Assembly (NCBI GenBank): GCA_964012805.1
Contig: CAXGUD010000005.1
Coordinates: forward strand, 78,325 to 142,324
Direction: 5' to 3'
DNA: 64,000 bases
From: an uncultured Bacteriovoracaceae bacterium
GTDB taxonomy: Bacteria; Bdellovibrionota; Bacteriovoracia; Bacteriovoracales; Bacteriovoracaceae
Positions 58,001-64,000 of the stretch are shown piece after piece. A program made the position numbers and the translations under genes. The notes under the pieces are model-generated. The model was not told the DNA's origin, did not search any database, and saw only the letters and a program-made list of their open reading frames with translations. Position 1 is the first letter of the stretch; every line of letters begins with the position of its first letter.

Positions 58001-58677
58001 TCTTCATCGCTTTCAATTCTATCCTCACCTCTCAAATGATCCCTATAATTTTTAACCCACCTTCCAGGGTCACCAAAAGTGCTTTCAGATAATTCGTTAA
58101 AAAAGATTTCTTTTTCAAATGGGTTGGAGAATTTAAGAGTTGTTTTCTTTAAATATTTTACAGCAGGAACTTGATAACCTAATTTTCTTAATAAGTTTTT
58201 TCTTAAAAGCAGGTTATGGATTGTTTTACTCATCATAATAACAAAAGTTTCCACTCCTCCTTCACTTGTTTCCTGTTCTATTGTAAACCTAAAGTTACCA
58301 GACCTTGATGGTACCGTAGAAGTATACCATATAGGCTCTTCTACTTCTAAGGGAAGGTCATCAAGACTTTCATCTAAAAAGAATGGTTTTTTCTTTTTCC
58401 AAAGAACAGTTGTTTCATCAGGATCAAGCTTTGAAATGTCAAAATTCTGACTTTCTCTTCTAAGCTTATCAGCTTCATCTGGTAAAAGAAGTTGTCCTTT
58501 ATAAAATAAATCAGTTGCTGGCCTCTTACCGTAATCCAAAGGAATCAAACCATCTGAATAATGTACAGTTGAGATAGTATCATTCCCTAAAGAAACGTGA
58601 TTATGAACAATCAAAATTAATATGGTCACTATATACAAAGAAAATTTAAACGATTGTTTAGTTACCCATTTACTCAC
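55027..58677 (-). CDS. Large exported protein with an internal ricin-B (beta-trefoil) lectin domain
   Basis: Signal peptide. Three S.KCL...Q..C.....Q.W/F-like repeats at about 57570-57965. The remainder is unassigned. Confidence 0.7.
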   Translation of the reverse strand: MSKWVTKQSFKFSLYIVTILILIVHNHVSLGNDTISTVHYSDGLIPLDYGKRPATDLFYKGQLLLPDEADKLRRESQNFDISKLDPDETTVLWKKKKPFFLDESLDDLPLEVEEPIWYTSTVPSRSGNFRFTIEQETSEGGVETFVIMMSKTIHNLLLRKNLLRKLGYQVPAVKYLKKTTLKFSNPFEKEIFFNELSESTFGDPGRWVKNYRDHLRGEDRIESDEERANFRSFKDNEKIMLKVKYSDLCLSQDLNRAGELVQESCENPHRTTWVLEKQDDHEDSVRIRSVISGKCLSVKKRSWRRAGSQIIERPCDESRTQVFRKIRGHEGFWFKSVYSQMCLEIEEKSRERGASLIQNNCKLNSYQKWASEKALSFDGPLVDAEEIELQDVVAMSSQDHYYNLSLGYLPPSVIQGRRLLNSLLIPYSLVEVPESVNMFPWHAGRIINKQFKMDFDSAENFSTTYGDAKWMTRRISKLTRSDWKEIVRMSYFPKEVGLLLNEKLISRRNQLIEILKINAEKLAFNPTISYGRYLDNGKLFKENWDGYASRYSFGDPESPLSKSEIGHFIGSKVVSTALEGITNYVSTKFLNNQSFLERAFKKKQEELYSEAFMNYIQTGVPQEIPLGTFVYPTFGANIGTSRDVIIGSYLGTDNKVQMADTLNFSVDIGAQAIVYGLPAALSVSGGGRAFYTRSYSHLRPIKSFKASFKYPFKNMIVPYFKRKQGKILDEMLRFDLKELSEEERQTKIDEVVKKLKESFTIGDSLIITDNIGIGANGGVGTGFGNIARVGINAGQTNLVVSRLHIYRKDEDTFQVYKDLGNVHGVVMSFNAKAVVPLLSLSYKWNKGKTRGRFYSLNLQESEEENPDILKSIHAMKGLFLKNSMEGVKSVTTPYHVTHSFKEGFKKASFMFFKYAGLKSKTEIEVTHPQGAKKRFYKTSQVVRKGVNVSEYAIDSINGVFDKYTEWDIQMKNISAGAPGDSIGGMQVVYNVSYEGEIKNKRRVGLKRKGGLEEPFVKISKSHRGWSLSKRRAEKILRRLNEQYKTNFYPELVLNQTRKIFLYNIGIDHYIYSEGIKNLSKMDKWTFKKIIKRHVKGKSKLLKRARMLSHFKKIKKHMENKDYKRQGQYTRSVLSMANRWLNLEGFKKLLGGSENYFIISRIDGFRIGDEDGDSRINSNSLGQVGSSKVYGPLMSLMLSSGMTQSEFYAYWLRGKLN

Positions 58678-58695
58678 TTTTTACCTCTTTTTTTT

Positions 58696-59724
58696 TTACC
58701 ATTTTGCAAAATGATCTTCAGTAAAGCCCCACAGACCATTAATATTTATTTCTTGCTCACCATCTTTAATCACGCCATAAAACTTTCCGATCATTTGTTT
58801 AAAGTTTGAAGCTAGAAAGAATAAGTTAATTTTTTCAGATCTCTCTTCATCAGGAACAAACTCCAAGTCAATTGAATTATCCTGAGTCTTGATAAACCAC
58901 CTACTCCTTGGGTTTTCTCTATCAAAGGAAAAACAAGCTCCATTCAAGTGGATTTTTTTTTGACCAACCCAAAAACAATTTTCTGAATAACTTGTTTCAT
59001 TAACTCCAGAAGCAAGGTTTAAACCAATTTTTTCTTTTACAGAGCCAATATCTACGAAGCCAGAAAAAGAAGCCCAGTTCCAATAAGTCTCCCTTCTCAT
59101 ATAACCCATACTAATATCAACGTTTGCGGCATATTTATCACCCTCGATCTTTCGAGTGACACCTTTCCAATAGACTGTCCCACTAACACTTAATCCATTG
59201 GATTTTTCTGTATAAGTCCATCCCGTTGCACCAGTCCTTGTACAAACCCTCAAGGGACTACTGCCTTTATTTTCTGTTAAGGTTAATTGGACCTTTTGTC
59301 CGTTCTTTAATTGAACAATTAGCAATCTTTTAAAAGGGCCAGCAGGGATTATTTCTATGGAGTTTTTTCCCTTATAAAAATAGCTTTTTCCTTCATGGGG
59401 GCAAGAGCTAAGTTTTGTTTTTATAGCAAATGGATTTAGAAAACTAAATTCTTCAAAATCTTTATTTTTTGGATCATAAAAATAAATAAAAGCATTACTT
59501 GCATATTTTATATCAGCAATTGCACACCCTAGGATCAAGTCTTCACTAAGTAGCCCAATAAATTGAAACTCCTTGAAGTCAATTTTTTTGGCCAACTTAC
59601 CCTTTTGTTTTCCAAGAGGAGATTTATATTTAAAATCTTCACAATTAATTTTATTTATAATTTCATTAAAGTAACCGAACCTAGGAAGACCAGTTTCCTT
59701 ACTGATAAGAAGATTTTTATCCAA
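58696..59724 (-). CDS. DUF2804-family protein
   Basis: GYMRRETYWNWASF, GLNL, SENCFW and FKQ..G.F.G...EDHFAKW motifs. Start re-assigned to TTG 59724 (GGAGG SD 5 nt upstream). Confidence 0.75.
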   Translation of the reverse strand: MDKNLLISKETGLPRFGYFNEIINKINCEDFKYKSPLGKQKGKLAKKIDFKEFQFIGLLSEDLILGCAIADIKYASNAFIYFYDPKNKDFEEFSFLNPFAIKTKLSSCPHEGKSYFYKGKNSIEIIPAGPFKRLLIVQLKNGQKVQLTLTENKGSSPLRVCTRTGATGWTYTEKSNGLSVSGTVYWKGVTRKIEGDKYAANVDISMGYMRRETYWNWASFSGFVDIGSVKEKIGLNLASGVNETSYSENCFWVGQKKIHLNGACFSFDRENPRSRWFIKTQDNSIDLEFVPDEERSEKINLFFLASNFKQMIGKFYGVIKDGEQEININGLWGFTEDHFAKW

Positions 59725-59845
59725 TTTTTCCTCCCGAAAAAAGGTCTCTTGAATAGACCCTGAGGGGAGCTTTTTGTCAATCCTACGCGACACACAAAAC
59801 ATGAAATAAATATAGGAAATATGTGAAAATACTGTAGATATTTCT

Positions 59846-60229
59846 TTATTTTACAGAGATATCTGAACCTTTGCCTTTATGACAATCGACTAATTCATTT
59901 GCAGAAAAAGGCTTATCTAGAAACTTTGTAACACCAAGGCTTTTTGCGTAATTAACGACAGAGTGATCTAAATACCCAGAAACAAGGACAACGTTACTCA
60001 TTCTATTTTTGTAAGTATTCTTAATATACTTCAAAACAGCGACACCTGGACCTTGTGGAATATTCACATCTAATAGAATTAAATCAAAAGTCTCTCTGGA
60101 AAGTTCACTAATTGCAGCATTACCGTCCTTAGTTTCAACGATACCGACTCCGGGAAAACTTTCTTGGCAATAAACCCTCATAGTTTCTAAATTTGAGTCA
60201 TTATCTTCAACAATTAAAATTTTCTGCAT
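59846..60229 (-). CDS. Single-domain response regulator receiver
   Basis: LIVEDN, LLDVNIP, VSG and KPF motifs. Confidence 0.88.
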   Translation of the reverse strand: MQKILIVEDNDSNLETMRVYCQESFPGVGIVETKDGNAAISELSRETFDLILLDVNIPQGPGVAVLKYIKNTYKNRMSNVVLVSGYLDHSVVNYAKSLGVTKFLDKPFSANELVDCHKGKGSDISVK

Positions 60230-60741
60230 AAAAGCCTCTTTAATTTAGTTTTCTTTCAATTATTCTGTTTGTTATACAGCGAATACGATTTCTTCATAAT
60301 ATCTTCGTCACTTTTTAATTCATGCTTAAATTAGATTTAAAAGTAAAAGTGAATCAAAAAAAGTTATGGAAATCATAAACAAAAAAACCTTGAAGTTTGT
60401 TTTTTAAAATCCAATTTGAAACCTCAAGAAGAAACAATTCTAATCAGCATTTTGGCATTTACAGAAATAAACCACTAAATAGCTCATAATATGAAAACCA
60501 AAAAAGGTTCTCGTTACAAACATTTCTTCCATTGCAAACTATATCGCTCTTAGGAATTCTGTAAGCAAATATATAAAAGATAAGATTAATAGGAAGATCA
60601 GTTCCATTCCTGGAGTTTTTAATAAATTTAAGAAGTTTCTAGCTGTTTTTTCTCTAGAAAACATTCTTGTTAGGCTAAGCAATTTAATTTTCGGTAGTAT
60701 GGTCAACAACTTAAAATAAGGGTTAGAAGGTAATTCTTAGG

Positions 60742-61641
60742 CTATTTTGCCCAAGGAGCCGTAGAAAAAAAGACCTGACGATCTCCCCCCTCTATAGCCG
60801 TTCTCTTAATTAGACTGTGGGAATCGAGCATATGCTCAATAGTGGTCCTATCTATAGGAGCATCTTTTCTAGACCCTCTTCCATAAAAACTCAAAATTTC
60901 AGCCTCATAAGGCTCACTTGAAGGCTTAACTTTTTTATATTCCTTACAAAACTTTATATTCTTTTCAAGCTCCTCACAACTCACACTATTAACAGAGCAA
61001 TTTTTCTTTTGCCTCTCAAATTCCTTACATAGATCGCTCCTCTTAATCTTTCTTCCAGTTGCTAAAGCAACATGGTCAAAATGACTATTTCTCCTTTTTC
61101 CAATTGGATTAAAAAAAATTATGTCTCCAGGTTTCGGAAAAATTCTTTTACCTTTTTCGAAGGTTGGATGAGAAACACCCCAATCCATTTCTTTATAAGA
61201 AGGTCTCTTTGCTCTCACATAATGAGTTCTAAGTTTTTTATTTTTTCCTCCAGACAAAGAATAGAGCCACCCTTTAATCCATTTCGGAGGGATTCTATGT
61301 TTTTCATTGAGATCAAATAATTTTTTGACATTATCAAAAGAGACTATTTTAGCCCTTAATGAAAATAAAATCACCACCTCAAAACAAGAAGCACTCATTG
61401 TATCTAAACTTTTCATACCTTGTTCAATATCTTTCTTATTTTTTGAACTAATTACCCATTGATAAAAAGCACTCCCCTTTGAACCTCTTCCGGCCATGCT
61501 CGTAGGCAACCAACTTCTAATTTTCATATCAGAGTAATCTTTTTCCATTTCTTCGAAAAGTTTTTGACCTTTTGAATTGGCAAAAGATTGATTTTGGAAA
61601 GTCAAAACCAAAAGAAGCATAAAATTGAAAAGAAATTTCAT
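60742..61641 (-). CDS. Secreted protein with NlpC/P60-like (papain-fold) Cys/His motifs
   Basis: Signal peptide (..SFA), SCFEVV, KPGDIIFF and FDHVAL motifs. Confidence 0.5.
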   Translation of the reverse strand: MKFLFNFMLLLVLTFQNQSFANSKGQKLFEEMEKDYSDMKIRSWLPTSMAGRGSKGSAFYQWVISSKNKKDIEQGMKSLDTMSASCFEVVILFSLRAKIVSFDNVKKLFDLNEKHRIPPKWIKGWLYSLSGGKNKKLRTHYVRAKRPSYKEMDWGVSHPTFEKGKRIFPKPGDIIFFNPIGKRRNSHFDHVALATGRKIKRSDLCKEFERQKKNCSVNSVSCEELEKNIKFCKEYKKVKPSSEPYEAEILSFYGRGSRKDAPIDRTTIEHMLDSHSLIKRTAIEGGDRQVFFSTAPWAK

Positions 61642-61696
61642 ATTTTTTTCTCCTCACTCAATGGTAATTTAATCCAAACTCTAACCTTATTTTAAT

Positions 61697-63826
61697 CTAT
61701 ATTTTAAGTTCGTTTTCTAAAAAGTAATTTATCTTTTTTGAAAATTGGTATTTTTCTGGATCAAATAATTTTGCTTTCTCCCACGGTTGTTTATCGTTTT
61801 TCACAACATCCAAAGTGAAAGGTAAAAGAATCTCTGTAGAAAATTCGCAAGGGTTTGGTTCTGTCACTAACTTTATTAAGCACCTTACTGCTACAGGATA
61901 CCATTTTTTAGAAATATCGTTCCAAACAATTTGTGTTTTTTTAGTTTTTGTATTTAGTCCTTGTTTAATAAAGTAAATTTCTTCACCCAATATTTTTAAA
62001 AAGCTTTCTAAAGAAAGCCTTCCATGGAATATTTCCGCCCAAAGCTCCCATCGAGACCTCTCTGTAGTAGCAAGGTCGTCCATTATTCTCACGAAAGTAT
62101 CCTCACCTAACTTACTCTTCAAGATGGCAGGTAAAGCGACACACCCATTTCCTGCTAACCAATCAACTAAATATTGAAGAGCTTGGAAAATATTGTAACG
62201 AACTTCTTCAGGATCGTTATTTTTATAATTACTTGATGTGCCAATATTTGCAGCCAATAAATTTCTTTCAAAAAGTGTGTCTCCTTTTTGAAAAACCTCA
62301 GTGTTGTCATTTTTAACAAAATCAAGAATATGGTTTTTCTCCAAGAAAGCTTCATCTGGTATTAAACTTTCAATTAACTTGAGAAGAGGCTCTTCTGTTT
62401 TATCTTTAGTGTATCTCTCCCAAGCAAAAGTAAGAGCAATACCAACTCTAACAAAATCTGGATGAGCAACCCAAAACCCTGTTAGTCCTCTTTTTAATTG
62501 GATTAAAACGTCCCTTATAAAACCAGTAATGGCCAAATTATAAGATCGTCTATTGCCTGCCTCAGGAAGGATTCCATACATTCCTCCAATGGCTACTCCA
62601 CCTCTCTTCCCAACCTCATCTGCAAGCAGGTAATGAGAAGTTTTTATATGCTTTATAACAATTTCAGGATCAGATTTAATTGGAATTCTATAGTTAGGGT
62701 CCATTCTAAAAAGCCTTGCTGTCGAAGCAAGGTAATCATGCCAACCTAGAGAGCCTCCTGCAAAAAAAGGAAATAGCTCTTGAATAACCTCTTTCACTCT
62801 AAAAATTGCCCTTGGGTTTTCAAAAACAACTAGAACTTTTATAGACCCTGTTTCATAACTTGGTTGAATATCTTTTAATCTGCTTTCAGCAGTCACAAGA
62901 AGATTCTTAATATAACGAGCTTCATTTTCATTTTCCAGCTTCGGAATATAAAATGTAAGAGCTTCAGGGTTTTCCCAGCAATGATAAAGGTGCATGCAAA
63001 TATCAAATAAATGAAGAGGGAGAAATTCTCCCTTGTAGATATGCCCACATGAAGGTATAGCCAAACCAGGTGGCCTCTTTATTGGCCTTGATAGATTAGT
63101 TTTCTCCAATTTATAATTTTTACCAGTTTTGTCATCTTGAAAAGAAATGGTTCCCTTAAAACATTCAACTAAGTTTTTACAAGCACTTGAAAAAGTATCA
63201 TAGTCAGGAGTCTTTGAGTCTTCATTATCAGCACCCCACATAGGTAGAATACCAGACTGATTAACCATCTCAGTGATAAGAGAACTCTCTCCATCACCTT
63301 TTCTGTGCCAAGCATTCATAGCGTTTATTGCCATCTTCTGATCATCTACTGGGCCAAAAAGAGTAATATGAGGTCCTTTTAAGTGAGATGGAATATCTGC
63401 GATCGAGATAACTTTATCATTGCTGTCTATTGGTCCAACAACAACTTCTGATTTATTATTTCTTTTAAAAAGTACCGTTTCGTAGTTATCATCATGAAAA
63501 GAGACCTTATTAACAATATTTCTTTTAACGCTATTTTTTGTTTCTTGATCAATAAAAGATCGATCTTCTTTCCTTTGCTGCAGAACCAACTGTAGCTCAC
63601 TTCTGGTTTTTTCATAAACAGAACAAACAAACTTTAATGCTTCAAGTTCCTCACTCAAGGACGACCCATAAACCCCTCGTTTTTTAACTTGAAGTCCGTC
63701 AATTTCAGGAACTTTTTCAGCTTCACATTCAAGCTTATTGAAAAGCTCTTTTGATATAAAATTAGGGTATCTCAAAAGGCCTAAGCCATCATTCACTTTA
63801 TGGTTATTTGTAAGTTTAGTTTTCAT
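61697..63826 (-). CDS. aceB: Malate synthase (divergent, MSA-type motifs)
   Basis: ADNEDS, YIPKLENENEA, FENPRA, LGWHDY, AIGGM, WVAHP and MDDLATTERSR motifs. Confidence 0.75.
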   Translation of the reverse strand: MKTKLTNNHKVNDGLGLLRYPNFISKELFNKLECEAEKVPEIDGLQVKKRGVYGSSLSEELEALKFVCSVYEKTRSELQLVLQQRKEDRSFIDQETKNSVKRNIVNKVSFHDDNYETVLFKRNNKSEVVVGPIDSNDKVISIADIPSHLKGPHITLFGPVDDQKMAINAMNAWHRKGDGESSLITEMVNQSGILPMWGADNEDSKTPDYDTFSSACKNLVECFKGTISFQDDKTGKNYKLEKTNLSRPIKRPPGLAIPSCGHIYKGEFLPLHLFDICMHLYHCWENPEALTFYIPKLENENEARYIKNLLVTAESRLKDIQPSYETGSIKVLVVFENPRAIFRVKEVIQELFPFFAGGSLGWHDYLASTARLFRMDPNYRIPIKSDPEIVIKHIKTSHYLLADEVGKRGGVAIGGMYGILPEAGNRRSYNLAITGFIRDVLIQLKRGLTGFWVAHPDFVRVGIALTFAWERYTKDKTEEPLLKLIESLIPDEAFLEKNHILDFVKNDNTEVFQKGDTLFERNLLAANIGTSSNYKNNDPEEVRYNIFQALQYLVDWLAGNGCVALPAILKSKLGEDTFVRIMDDLATTERSRWELWAEIFHGRLSLESFLKILGEEIYFIKQGLNTKTKKTQIVWNDISKKWYPVAVRCLIKLVTEPNPCEFSTEILLPFTLDVVKNDKQPWEKAKLFDPEKYQFSKKINYFLENELKI

Positions 63827-63951
63827 TTTCGCCTTAAGGTCAATAGAGAGTCATTTTTATACCTATAAATAGTAAATACTGAAACCTAACAATAATAAAT
63901 GAAATATGACCGAGTAATCAAAAAATGAGTTGTAAAAAAAGAAATTTAGGC

Positions 63952-63986
63952 AAAAAAAAACCCCAGTGTTTCCACTGGGGTTTTTT
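63952..63986. terminator. Bidirectional Rho-independent terminator
   Basis: A9-CCCCAGTG-tttc-CACTGGGG-T6. Confidence 0.85.
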
Positions 63987-64000
63987 AATAATAGGTACAT

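Noticed and set aside
60230..60741. About 500-bp intergenic region as a possible sRNA or small ORF (a 30-codon minus-strand ORF, an imperfect hairpin near 60630-60670)
   Set aside because: No SD, no recognisable RNA family and only weak AT-rich pairing.
1912..63630. Numerous 60-128 aa ORFs nested in or antisense to long genes (for example 1912-2121, 19258-19629, 26377-26742, 34979-35365)
   Set aside because: Shadow ORFs of well-supported genes, with no motifs or SD support.
1..64000. CRISPR arrays, tRNA/rRNA genes, IS elements, prophage or defence systems
   Set aside because: No repeat-spacer periodicity, cloverleaf, transposase, integrase or nuclease-defence motifs were recognised by eye. 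Very divergent elements cannot be excluded without tools.

Overview
An AT-rich bacterial chromosomal segment that is almost entirely coding. Gene content suggests Bdellovibrionota (Bacteriovoracaceae/Halobacteriovorax-like), but this is an inference and was not verified. I saw no rRNA, tRNA, CRISPR array, transposase or integrase. Main content: (1) a five-gene mevalonate operon (fni, mvaA, GYDIA-type kinase, mvaD, mvk) with no HMG-CoA synthase in the window; (2) RNA-modification genes (rsmI, a THUMP methyltransferase, a U32/TrhP pair); (3) housekeeping genes (mdh, xth, guaD, nfeD plus stomatin, plsC, gpmA, pdxH, malate synthase); (4) an oleABCD olefin/beta-lactone cluster preceded by a GbsR/MarR-like regulator, a FabF-like ketosynthase, an ACP and a CrtI-family flavoprotein; (5) two membrane-anchored CheA-like kinases (sensor-7TM-Hpt-HATPase) that lack the CheW domain, plus three single-domain receivers; (6) a type III PKS, O-methyltransferase and UbiA prenyltransferase operon that converges on an MMPL/outer-membrane/DUF547/ricin-domain gene run. 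Reading the DNA directly also gave an XRE regulator that appears to start at ATC, a 43-aa ORF missing from the ORF track, a probable leaderless transcript and several long inverted repeats. The strongest candidates for an undescribed system are the extended ole cluster and the PKS-methyltransferase-prenyltransferase cluster.
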